A stretch of 10,033 bases of DNA from Bacteroidia bacterium (lineage in GTDB: Bacteria; Bacteroidota; Bacteroidia; B-17B0; Aurantibacillaceae). Below are positions 1 to 7,350 of the stretch, piece by piece. The notes below the pieces were generated by a model that saw nothing but the letters and a program-made list of their open reading frames with translations, was not told the origin of the DNA and searched no databases. Every line of letters starts with the position of its first letter. The first letter of the stretch is position 1. Location of the stretch: assembly GCA_014379485.1 (NCBI GenBank), contig JACMLS010000209.1:1-10033 (forward strand), given 5' to 3'. The translations under genes were made by a program, and so were the position numbers.

Positions 1-2043
1 TCGTTTACTTCTATTCACACAGCCGCCAGCGGACAAGGAAATGTTGTGGCCGGAGTTTTTTTTGACGGCAACACTATTTACATTGGAACAAACGACGGTG
101 TACTTGTTTCTGTAAACGGAGGAACAAGCTGGGCAACAGCAGCCATTACCGGAATTCCGGCGAGTGAAGCGATCTGGAGTTTTTGTGCCGCAAAGGTTGG
201 AGTCACCACGCGCTTTTTTTGTTTAACAAGTGATCCGGGAAATGTTTATGTTGGTTTACAGGGAAGTGATTACTCTGGATTTTTAGCAGGAGTGTATACT
301 TGTGATTACGGCACAACGCAATGGACTTCTGTAATGAACGGAATTACCGTTGGCACAGATTATCCAATGTTCATTGACATGGCAGAAAACAATATCAATA
401 CCGTTTACCTTGCCGGAAGTAATTCTAATAACGAACCGATAGTAATGAAAAGTACCAACGCCGGCGGAAACTGGTCTCATGTTTTTAATACTGCATCTAA
501 CGCAAACATAAAAACAGGTTGGAGCGGACAAGGCGGAGACAGAGGCTGGAGCTACGGCGAATGTCCTTTTGGTTTTGATGTGGCTGCAAACAACCCCAAT
601 TACGTTGTGTTTGGCGATTTTGGTTTTGCGCATAAAACTTCTGACGGTGGAGCAAACTGGAGACAAGCTTATGTTGATACTGTTTACGAACATGCAGCCG
701 GAAGCAATACGCCCATAAAACAATTGTATAAAAGTATTGGAATAGAAAACACCACTTGCTGGCAGGTAAACTGGTCTGATGCAAATAATATGTTTGCCTG
801 TTACTCAGACATACGCGGAATTAAAAGTACTGATGCAGGAACAACCTGGAGTTTTAATTATAGTGGCCACTCAGCAAACTCAATGTACCGTATTGCAAAA
901 GCGACCAACGGAACTTTGTTTGCAGGAACAAGTAATGTACACGATATGTACCAGAGTACGCGCCTTGCAGATAATTTGCTTGACGCGAATGATACACAAG
1001 GAAAATTAATTTACTCAACAGACAACGGGCTTACGTGGACTTTGCTTCACAATTTCGGCCATCCTGTTTTCTGGATAGCGCTTGACCCGAATAATGCTAA
1101 CCGTGCTTACGCAAGTGTTATTCATTATAACAGCGGAGCAGGCCTCGGAGGCGTGTATCGTTGCGATGATCTGAATAATTTGGGAAGCTCAACATGGACT
1201 TTAATAAATAATACGGTAACACGAACAGAAAAACATCCGGCCTCTTTAGTGGTGTTGAATGATGGAAATTTAGTTGCCACTTATTCCGGAAGAAGAGACG
1301 GCAGCGGAGTTTTTACGCAAAGCAGCGGAACTTTTACCTACAATCCAACAAGCGGGGTTTGGGCTGATGTTTCTGATCCGGGAATGCATTATTGGACAAA
1401 AGATGTAGTGATTGATCCGAACGATGCGTTGCAGAATACCTGGTACGTTGCCGTTTTCAGTGGCTGGGGTGGTGCGCCAAACGGATTGGGAGGTTTATAC
1501 AAAACAACTAACCGCGGCACAAGCTGGACAAAAATAAATAATCTTGATCGTGTTACTTCCATCACCTTCAATCCATCTAACGCAAGTGAAATTTATATGA
1601 CTACCGAGCAAGATGGTTTGTGGATCAGCTCGAATATAAATGCAACTACGCCAACTTTTACGCAGGTTACAAATTATCCGTTTCGCCAGCCGGAGCGTGT
1701 GTTCTTTAATCCATACAACACCAGCGAGATCTGGGTAACAAGTTTTGGAAACGGAATGAAAATGGGAACGCTTACAACAAGCGGAATTAAATTTGAAGAA
1801 AAAGAAAATATTTCTGTTTTCCCAAATCCCGCAAAAGACGAATTGAACATTGATCTTTCTGTTCTTTCAGGAAAAAATGTGCTTGCAGAAATTTATGATG
1901 TAAGCGGAAGACTTGTAAAAACAGAATTGCTTAACGGAAAAGGTGTTCAGCAGATTAGCATACAAACTCTTGATAAAGGCTGTTACTTTTTGAAAGTAAA
2001 ATCGCAGGAGAAAGTTTACAGCGTTTCTTTTGTTAGGGAATAA
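1..2043 (+). CDS. BNR/Asp-box repeat beta-propeller protein with T9SS C-terminal sorting domain (5'-partial; frame is open from base 1, the GTG at 46 is not a real start)
   Basis: Reading frame 1 is open from position 1 to the TAA at 2041-2043. There are at least six Asp-box/BNR motifs of the form S/T-x-D/N-x-G-x-T/N-W: SVNGGTSWAT, STNAGGNWSH, TSDGGANWRQ, STDAGTTWSF, STDNGLTWTL and TTNRGTSWTK. The C-terminal ~85 aa (KFEEKENISVFPNPAKDELNIDL...GCYFLKVKSQEKVYSVSFVRE) match the type-A T9SS CTD pattern. Confidence 0.8.
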   Translation, partial: SFTSIHTAASGQGNVVAGVFFDGNTIYIGTNDGVLVSVNGGTSWATAAITGIPASEAIWSFCAAKVGVTTRFFCLTSDPGNVYVGLQGSDYSGFLAGVYTCDYGTTQWTSVMNGITVGTDYPMFIDMAENNINTVYLAGSNSNNEPIVMKSTNAGGNWSHVFNTASNANIKTGWSGQGGDRGWSYGECPFGFDVAANNPNYVVFGDFGFAHKTSDGGANWRQAYVDTVYEHAAGSNTPIKQLYKSIGIENTTCWQVNWSDANNMFACYSDIRGIKSTDAGTTWSFNYSGHSANSMYRIAKATNGTLFAGTSNVHDMYQSTRLADNLLDANDTQGKLIYSTDNGLTWTLLHNFGHPVFWIALDPNNANRAYASVIHYNSGAGLGGVYRCDDLNNLGSSTWTLINNTVTRTEKHPASLVVLNDGNLVATYSGRRDGSGVFTQSSGTFTYNPTSGVWADVSDPGMHYWTKDVVIDPNDALQNTWYVAVFSGWGGAPNGLGGLYKTTNRGTSWTKINNLDRVTSITFNPSNASEIYMTTEQDGLWISSNINATTPTFTQVTNYPFRQPERVFFNPYNTSEIWVTSFGNGMKMGTLTTSGIKFEEKENISVFPNPAKDELNIDLSVLSGKNVLAEIYDVSGRLVKTELLNGKGVQQISIQTLDKGCYFLKVKSQEKVYSVSFVRE
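1786..2040 (+). other. T9SS (Por secretion) C-terminal sorting domain of the BNR-repeat protein
   Basis: It contains the motifs typical of TIGR04183-like CTDs: VFPNPAKDELNI ... YDVSGRLV ... LDKGCYFLKV ... with the C-terminus just after. The domain boundary is approximate. Confidence 0.65.
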
Positions 2044-2146
2044 ATAACAAGAGCTTTAACAACGGATAGAAGATATAAGATTGGTGCACGAGGAATTTTC
2101 AAAAGGAAAGTCTTTGGCAACCCAGTCTTATTTCCTATCTCACCAT

Positions 2147-3508
2147 TTAGTCCAAATAAAATTTTATGACTTTATAAACCTGCTCATCAACAAGGTTTTT
2201 CTGAATGAAAAAGGCCTTTCTTCCGGAGATGATGATCTTTTTTGGAAGATAGGGTGTGTTGGGTATTTCAGAACGCGCTGTCTCTTTGCCTGTATTTACA
2301 TCAAACCTTATTAAGGTGAGTTTGCTGTCGTAAAATTTTGCCAGCCAGGTTTCCTGGTTCTGCCTGTCAACATATACTTTATGCAACAGGTACTTGTTTT
2401 TCATAACACCGAAAGCGCAAAGTGTGTTGATCTCGTTTTTTTTATTTACAAAGTGAATGAGCGAATCTGTAAAATTAAAAACATAAAGTGTGCTGTCGGT
2501 TTTTTCCATTTGTGCCTCCACGCAACCAAGCCATTGAACATAATCCCAGGGCAGTTGCAATTGTTCGCGATAAAGTTCAATGTTTTGTTTTAGTTCGCTC
2601 ACAGGCACGCCATACTGCTGCAATTTTGTATCTGCCCGCACCTGCAAAAAATACTGAAGGCTGTAGTCTGTTTCAAAACTTTTTATTTTATTAGTATCCG
2701 CAAAACAAACCAGCGGGTGTTTCAGACCTTTCTGGTTTTCGTTGTAATAAAAAAATTCTTTTCTCAGGTTGCGATAGCTCATTGCCTGGAAATAATAATT
2801 ACTGTCGCACACACAAACACAATTTCCCATTACCTTGTTAAAGGTTTTAGCATGAACAGGCGAAAGCAAACGTAAGTTTACAAAATCGTAAAACACCTGC
2901 CACACGCTGTCTTTATTTTTCATTTGCAAATTTCCAAGACAGTCGTAGTCAATTGCTTCAGTATACTTGTCTACCACGCGGATCGCTTTATTTTCTCCGT
3001 ATTCGTCTGTAAGTTCAAGAAAGTTTTTATCGTTTCCCGCTTTAAGCAATACCATGTCTTCGTGCAACAATTCAAAATCAAGCACTATGTCCTGTTTTTT
3101 TTTATTGAGGATCACTTTTTTCTGCGCAGAGATCACCACTTCATTGAGTTCAAAGTTTTTTTGCGAAATATAAAAAGTATCGTTCAGCATTTTCTTTACA
3201 GGATATTCTGCGGAAGAATATCCTAACAGAGTAAATACAAGTACCGGCTCTTTTACTTTTAAAGGAATGTTTATTTTAAAAGCACCGTTTGAATTTGTTG
3301 TTGTGGAACTAAGCTCTCCTTTTAAAACCACCAGCGCATTATTAACGGGTAAACGTGTTGCACGATCAAGCAAAACTCCGTTAAATGATTGCTGAAACAA
3401 AAATTGAGAATAAAATAAAATGAAAATAACCGTAATGGCTCTTTTAATAACAGACTGGCCGCGACGAACTTTTATCTTTGAATCTAATCTCAATTCCGGT
3501 TTTTTCAA
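2147..3508 (-). CDS. Hypothetical exported/membrane protein with N-terminal carboxypeptidase-regulatory-like (CarbopepD_reg_2-type) domain and uncharacterised ~330-aa C-terminal region; TTG start
   Basis: It is a 453-codon ORF. Its N-terminus has a basic n-region plus a hydrophobic stretch (KRAITVIFILFYSQFLF). GVLLDRATRLPVNNALVVLKGELSSTTTNSNGAFKINIP...LVFTLLGYSSAEYPV then matches the CarbopepD_reg-like fold signature and is followed by LNEVVISAQKK, as in SusC/TonB-receptor N-termini. No plug or barrel follows. The remainder has no motif I recognise. The first in-frame start is the TTG at 3506-3508, and there is no ATG in the first ~120 codons. Stop is TAA (rc) at 2147-2149. Confidence 0.7.
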   Translation of the reverse strand: MKKPELRLDSKIKVRRGQSVIKRAITVIFILFYSQFLFQQSFNGVLLDRATRLPVNNALVVLKGELSSTTTNSNGAFKINIPLKVKEPVLVFTLLGYSSAEYPVKKMLNDTFYISQKNFELNEVVISAQKKVILNKKKQDIVLDFELLHEDMVLLKAGNDKNFLELTDEYGENKAIRVVDKYTEAIDYDCLGNLQMKNKDSVWQVFYDFVNLRLLSPVHAKTFNKVMGNCVCVCDSNYYFQAMSYRNLRKEFFYYNENQKGLKHPLVCFADTNKIKSFETDYSLQYFLQVRADTKLQQYGVPVSELKQNIELYREQLQLPWDYVQWLGCVEAQMEKTDSTLYVFNFTDSLIHFVNKKNEINTLCAFGVMKNKYLLHKVYVDRQNQETWLAKFYDSKLTLIRFDVNTGKETARSEIPNTPYLPKKIIISGRKAFFIQKNLVDEQVYKVIKFYLD

Positions 3509-3550
3509 TACTAAATATACTGAAATGAGTAAGGCAAACCAAAAGGATTT

Positions 3551-5038
3551 TTATATGTGGTGTTTTTTTACCGATCCCAGCATCCGCTCAAAATTTCTAT
3601 CGGAAGTAAGAAGCGCTTTTTGAATGCGGTGTGCGTAGTGAATACTGTCTAACACTTCTTTGTTCTTCTCAGCTAATTTTTCAAAAGCTTCTTCTACTTC
3701 GTGTTTTTGTTCTTCTATAATTCTTTTTTGAAGTGAGATCTCTTTGTTTGCTTTCTTAGAATTTCTGAATGCGATCCAGGCAAGAATAAGCAGTCCAAAA
3801 ACCAACACGCCTCCACCAACAACAGTCCACAAAATAATTTTTTGTTTGTGCATTTTTTCTTCGGCAATAGCTTTTTCTATTTGTTGGGCGGCTTTTTCTG
3901 CAGATTCTTTTTTATCAAAATCATATTGCATTTGTGCCTGTACGGTTTTTTTTGTGTTGGCTTCATTCAACACACTGTCGCGGTAAGAAATAAATTTTTT
4001 ATAATTTTCAAACGCTCCGTTAAAATTTCCCATACCGCTGTCAACTTTTGCATACTGTCTGTACACTTCGCGAATGCTTTCTACATCGCCAATAGAAACG
4101 GCAATAGAAAGAGATGTATCTAACAACAGTTTTGCTTCACGAAACTTTTTTTGCATTGTATTACCTGTAGCAATACTTAAAAGGGTAAGCGCAATGTTTC
4201 TGTGGTCGCCTGCCGCCCGGTTAATTTCCAGGGCTTGCTTTAAAGGTTCAGAAGCCTTATCAAATTCGCCGGAAAAAATGTAAGTCAAGCCAATATTATT
4301 AAGGGCAAAAGCTTCGTTTTGTTTGTTTCCGCTTTCTTTCCAGGCAGCGTAAGCAAGTAAGTGATGTTCTATTGCTTTCTTCAGCTCTCCTTTACTTTGA
4401 TACACAGATCCGATTCCGGAATGTGCAAAGCCCAAACCTTCTTTTCTGTTTATTTCTTCATACAATTTCAAAGCTTTATTAAAATAGTTAAGTGCTTCGT
4501 CAAGATTCTCTTGTTGGCCGTATAAACTTGCCATGTTTACAAAAGAAGTTGCAGCACCGTATTTATCGCCCGCTTTTTCTTTCAGCTTTAAAGATTTCAG
4601 GTGATGATTTAACGCTTCAGGAAATTTGCCCATGTACTCATAAATAATTGCAAGGTTGTTGTATGCTTCACTTTCTTCTTCCTCATTTTTAATTTCTTTA
4701 CTTAAATTAAGAAATTGCAAATCGTACTCTAAAGCTTTGTGATAATCTCCTGTGTACTCATAATGTATTCCCAGGCTTTTATACGCCTCTGTCATGCCTT
4801 TTTTAAAATTAATTTTCTTTGAGAGCGCCAAAGCATTTTCGCTGTATGTAAGCATTGATTTTAAATCTCCGGCCTCCATATAACTCACCGCAAGTAAATT
4901 GAGGGTCTTTACTTTGTTGCTATCTTCTTTAGCGTTTTTTAAAACAGATAAGACTGAGTCTAATTGCTTTTGTGCTGAGAGAGAAAAAACAAAGGTTGTT
5001 ATTAAGAGTACAAATAAATTTCGGGCGATCCTGTTCAT
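3551..5038 (-). CDS. TPR-repeat membrane protein: signal peptide + ~7-8 periplasmic TPRs + single TM helix + short cytoplasmic coiled coil. It is sensor-like but has no output domain
   Basis: ATG start at 5036-5038. The signal peptide is MNRIARNLFVLLITTFVFSLSAQ. TPR-like 34-aa units are visible, carrying W/LG/Y/A/F/A/P-type spacing (e.g. EAYKSLGIHYEYTGDYHKALEY, EAYNNLAIIYEYMGKFPEAL, ATSFVNMASLYGQQENLDEAL). The TM helix is IILWTVVGGGVLVFGLLILAWIAF (approx. nt 3775-3846). A K/E-rich coiled coil follows, then DSIHYAHRIQKALLTSDRNFERMLGSVKKHHI, then stop. Stop is TAA (rc) at 3551-3553. Confidence 0.8.
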   Translation of the reverse strand: MNRIARNLFVLLITTFVFSLSAQKQLDSVLSVLKNAKEDSNKVKTLNLLAVSYMEAGDLKSMLTYSENALALSKKINFKKGMTEAYKSLGIHYEYTGDYHKALEYDLQFLNLSKEIKNEEEESEAYNNLAIIYEYMGKFPEALNHHLKSLKLKEKAGDKYGAATSFVNMASLYGQQENLDEALNYFNKALKLYEEINRKEGLGFAHSGIGSVYQSKGELKKAIEHHLLAYAAWKESGNKQNEAFALNNIGLTYIFSGEFDKASEPLKQALEINRAAGDHRNIALTLLSIATGNTMQKKFREAKLLLDTSLSIAVSIGDVESIREVYRQYAKVDSGMGNFNGAFENYKKFISYRDSVLNEANTKKTVQAQMQYDFDKKESAEKAAQQIEKAIAEEKMHKQKIILWTVVGGGVLVFGLLILAWIAFRNSKKANKEISLQKRIIEEQKHEVEEAFEKLAEKNKEVLDSIHYAHRIQKALLTSDRNFERMLGSVKKHHI

Positions 5039-5332
5039 GGTTTTTTAAAAGGAAGTGAAATTACAAAATCTTAAGGGATTTCAGTTTGCCTGGTTGAATT
5101 GGGGCCTGCGAATAGAGGATCTATAGCACTCACTCAATCTTCCAACCTTCCATTCTTCCAACCAAATTTCTGTTCTTTTCTTCAATGTGCGACCCAATAT
5201 CAAATCTCATTCCAAATCCAAAACCCTGCAATTGCCTGATAATAACCACAAAGAAATCGGATAAACTTTGTAACACGATATTTGCTTTCTCATACCTTTA
5301 CTTGTACAAACCAATTAAAACAAAATAAAAAA
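5039..5332. promoter_or_regulatory. Divergent intergenic/promoter region between the TPR-membrane gene (-) and the flotillin gene (+)
   Basis: This is a 294-bp non-coding, AT- and CA-rich spacer between two divergently oriented start codons. Candidate Bacteroidetes -7-like elements are present but inexact: TAAGATTTTG on the minus strand about 26 nt upstream of the 5038 ATG, and ATAAACTTTG/GATATTTG on the plus strand 50-70 nt upstream of the 5333 ATG. Confidence 0.35.
5139..5163. repeat. Tandem direct repeat CTTCCAACC-ttccatt-CTTCCAACC in divergent promoter region
   Basis: An exact 9-mer, CTTCCAACC, occurs at 5139-5147 and 5155-5163, spaced 16 bp centre to centre, with a related TTCCATT unit between the copies. 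Further TCCAAA-type units follow at about 5209-5226. Confidence 0.5.
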
Positions 5333-7294
5333 ATGAAAATGACGACTACTGTGTTGCTTGATGTTCAGGATTACCTACACTATTGGTGGGTATTACTTAT
5401 TGTTCTTTGTTTACTGTTTTACAAATTATTTTTCCGCTTGTTCGGAATTATTATTGTGGCCGAAGATAAGATTGGCCTTGTTACAAAAAAATGGGTGCTC
5501 TTTGGCGCGCATAAAGAATTGCCTCCCGGAAGAATTATTGCGGTAGACGGCGAAGCTGGTTTTCAGGCCCACGGCCTTGCTCCCGGAATTTACTTTGGTT
5601 TCTGGCCCTGGCAGTTTGATATTAAAATGCAGCCGCTCACTGTTATTCCGCAAGGAAAAGTAGGTTTACTTGCCGCTAAAGACGGAAATGAATTGGAGAC
5701 CGGAAGAATTCTTGCACGTAAAGTAGAGTGCGACTCGTACCAGGATGCTGAAGCTTTTATACGTAAAGGCGGAAGAAAAGGAAGGCAGAGCGGAATGTTG
5801 TACGCCGGTACTTACAGAATTAATACTTTTTTGTTTGATATTATTATTACTGACATGGTAACCATTTCTGAGAACATGGTAGGTATTGTTACCAGTTTAG
5901 ATGGGCAACCTATTGAAGAAGGAAACATTGCCGGTAAGCGTGTTGACGGACATAATAATTTTCAGGATTGCGATGCGTTTTTAAATGCGCAGGGAAATAA
6001 AGGTTTGCAACCACAGGTAATTTTAGCGGGTTCTTATTTTTTGAATCCATGGTTCGTGCAAGTGGAGCAGGTAAAGATGATGGAAATTCCGATTGGTCAT
6101 GTTGGTGTTGTAATTTCTTATATAGGATTAGAAGGAAAAGACTTGAGCGGAGTAGAATTTAAACATGGCAACATTGTAAGTAAAGGAGAAAAAGGAGTTT
6201 GGGCAGAACCACTTGGTCCGGGTAAATACCCCATCAACCCTTTTATTATGCGCGTTGAAATTGTACCCACAACAAACCTTGTTTTAAATTGGGCAACTGC
6301 AAGAACAGAGTCGCATCAGTTAGACAAACATCTTTCTACTATTACTGTTCGTTCTAAAGATGGTTTCCCGTTTAACTTAGATGTTTCGCAGATCATTCAC
6401 ATTCCAACTAACGAAGCGCCAAAAGTTATTGCACGTTTTGGTAATATGAATAATCTTGTAAGCCAGGTGCTGGAACCAACAATTGGAAACTATTTCAGAA
6501 ACTCTGCACAGGACTCTGATGTGATTGCGTTTTTAGGTTCGAGAAAAGAAAGACAGGAATCTGCAAAACAACACATCGGTCACGTATTGGATCAATACAA
6601 CGTAAATGGTGTTGATACTTTGATCGGAGACATTGTTCCGCCTGAATCTTTAATGAAAACACTTACCGACAGAAAAATTGCCGAAGAGCAAAACGTAACT
6701 TACGAAACACAAAAGAAAGCGGAGGTTACACGCCAGGCGCTTGAAAAAGAAACTGCTATTGCCGATATGCAGAAAGAAGTTGTAAAAGCCGACCAGGGCG
6801 TTTGGATCTCGCAACGCGTAGCAGATTCTACAGTGAAAAAAGCAGAAGGTGATGCAAGCGGAATTAAAATTCAGTCAGGCGCAGAAGCAGAAAAAGTTCG
6901 TTTACTATCTAACGCAGAAGCAGAAAGAACAAAAGTGCTTGCCAATGCAGACGCAGAGAAAATTAAAGCGCTTGCAAACGCTGAAGCCTTAAGAATTTCT
7001 GCAACAGGTAATGCAGAAGCAGAAAAAATTATGGCCATAGGTAAATCTAACGCAGAGGCATATAAACTTGCCGTTACTGCAATGGGTGGCGATAATTTTA
7101 CGAAACTGAAAATAACCGAATCGATAGGAAAAGAAAAAATAAAAATTATTCCCGAAGTTCTTATTATGGGAGGCGGAGAAAGCGGTGGACCCAACGGACC
7201 CATCAGCGGACTGCTTGGGTTGAAACTGCTTGAAGAAGTGACTAAGAATATTATGAAAGGAGATGGAACCAAGGGGACTGAGGAGAAAAAATAG
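5333..7294 (+). CDS. Flotillin-family / SPFH (band-7) domain membrane protein (long FloT/YqiK-like type)
   Basis: ATG at 5333 (MKMTTTVLLDV...). The upstream TTG at 5282 offered by the ORF track would add only a non-hydrophobic leader. The N-terminal membrane anchor is YLHYWWVLLIVLCLLFYKLFFRLFGIIIV. The SPFH-like core carries conserved flotillin-type segments (GRIIAVDGEAGFQAHGLAPGIYFGFWPWQFDIKMQPLT; LNWATARTESHQLDKHLSTITVRSKDGFPFNLDVSQIIHI; VLEPTIGNYFRNSAQDSDVIAFLGSRKE). The C-terminal Ala/Glu-rich repeat coiled coil (NAEAE.., NADAEKIKALANAEAL..) is typical of flotillins. Stop is TAG at 7292-7294. Confidence 0.85.
   Translation: MKMTTTVLLDVQDYLHYWWVLLIVLCLLFYKLFFRLFGIIIVAEDKIGLVTKKWVLFGAHKELPPGRIIAVDGEAGFQAHGLAPGIYFGFWPWQFDIKMQPLTVIPQGKVGLLAAKDGNELETGRILARKVECDSYQDAEAFIRKGGRKGRQSGMLYAGTYRINTFLFDIIITDMVTISENMVGIVTSLDGQPIEEGNIAGKRVDGHNNFQDCDAFLNAQGNKGLQPQVILAGSYFLNPWFVQVEQVKMMEIPIGHVGVVISYIGLEGKDLSGVEFKHGNIVSKGEKGVWAEPLGPGKYPINPFIMRVEIVPTTNLVLNWATARTESHQLDKHLSTITVRSKDGFPFNLDVSQIIHIPTNEAPKVIARFGNMNNLVSQVLEPTIGNYFRNSAQDSDVIAFLGSRKERQESAKQHIGHVLDQYNVNGVDTLIGDIVPPESLMKTLTDRKIAEEQNVTYETQKKAEVTRQALEKETAIADMQKEVVKADQGVWISQRVADSTVKKAEGDASGIKIQSGAEAEKVRLLSNAEAERTKVLANADAEKIKALANAEALRISATGNAEAEKIMAIGKSNAEAYKLAVTAMGGDNFTKLKITESIGKEKIKIIPEVLIMGGGESGGPNGPISGLLGLKLLEEVTKNIMKGDGTKGTEEKK
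6871..7060 (+). repeat. In-frame nucleotide/amino-acid tandem repeats (EA-repeat coiled coil) inside the flotillin gene
   Basis: gcagaagcagaaa(a/g) units recur at about 33-nt periodicity and encode SGAEAEKVRLLSNAEAERTKVLANADAEKIKALANAEALRISATGNAEAEKIMAIG. This is the known flotillin C-terminal EA-rich oligomerisation motif. Confidence 0.6.
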
Positions 7295-7331
7295 TCCGGG
7301 AGTCTGTTAGTCCGAAGTTCGGGAGTTCGGA
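7294..7331. repeat. GC-rich palindromic/repetitive element immediately 3' of the flotillin stop codon
   Basis: The sequence is GTCCGGGAGTCTGTTAGTCCGAAGTTCGGGAGTTCGGA. GTCCG and GGGAGT each occur twice. TCCGAA (7311-7316) pairs with TTCGGA (7326-7331). CCGAAgTTCGG (7312-7322) is itself an 11-nt near-perfect palindrome. The local GC content is well above the surrounding AT-rich sequence. Confidence 0.35.
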
Positions 7332-7350
7332 TTAAACTTTAAATTTAAAA

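Noticed and set aside
283-1009. Antisense/alternate-frame ORFs 283..723(-), 497..784(-) and 779..1009(+) inside the BNR-repeat gene
   Set aside because: They are fully embedded in a 665-codon ORF with clear domain content (Asp-boxes, T9SS CTD). Their translations are low-complexity with no motifs. They are typical shadow ORFs.
2081-2314. 77-aa plus-strand ORF overlapping the 3' end of the minus-strand CarbopepD_reg gene
   Set aside because: It mostly overlaps a long, well-supported minus-strand ORF, and its translation has no features. Its first 66 bp would fall in the convergent intergenic gap only.
2807-2822. Short imperfect (CA)n/(TG)n dinucleotide run encoding CVCVC in the CarbopepD_reg gene
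   Set aside because: It has only about 4-5 imperfect units, too short for appreciable slippage, and I treated it as a sequence-composition curiosity.
2147-3508. Possibility that the downstream minus-strand ORF is the missing PP2C/SpoIIE output domain of the TPR-TM protein
   Set aside because: Its translation contains none of the PP2C metal-binding motifs (GDxxD, DGxGHG) and instead starts with a hydrophobic segment and a CarbopepD_reg-like beta-sandwich. The same-frame arrangement is noted separately as a lower-confidence observation.
3744-4283. Plus-strand ORFs (3744..3986, 3842..4123, 4074..4283) antisense to the TPR-membrane gene, and 6871..7272(-) antisense to flotillin
   Set aside because: They are shadow ORFs produced by the AT-rich, repeat-containing coding sequence. 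The one antisense to the flotillin EA-repeat region is just the reverse reading of GCAGAAGCAGAA repeats.
5282-5332. TTG-initiated 17-codon N-terminal extension of the flotillin ORF proposed by the ORF track (MLSHTFTCTNQLKQNKK-)
   Set aside because: An ATG pair (MKM) at 5333/5339 lies directly in front of the membrane anchor. The extension is hydrophilic and unremarkable and would swallow the likely promoter.
5185-5334. 49-codon Cys-containing small ORF (MCDPISNLIPNPKPCNCLIITTKKSDKLCNTIFAFSYLYLYKPIKTK) in the divergent promoter region
   Set aside because: It overlaps the probable flotillin promoter and 5' UTR and ends inside the flotillin start codon. It has no recognisable motif and I see no signal suggesting translation. 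It could only be rescued by conservation or ribosome-profiling evidence.
6871-7060. Nucleotide tandem repeats in the 3' part of the flotillin gene as a possible novel repeat element
   Set aside because: They are in-frame and encode the EA-rich heptad-like repeat that is a known, conserved feature of flotillin C-termini.
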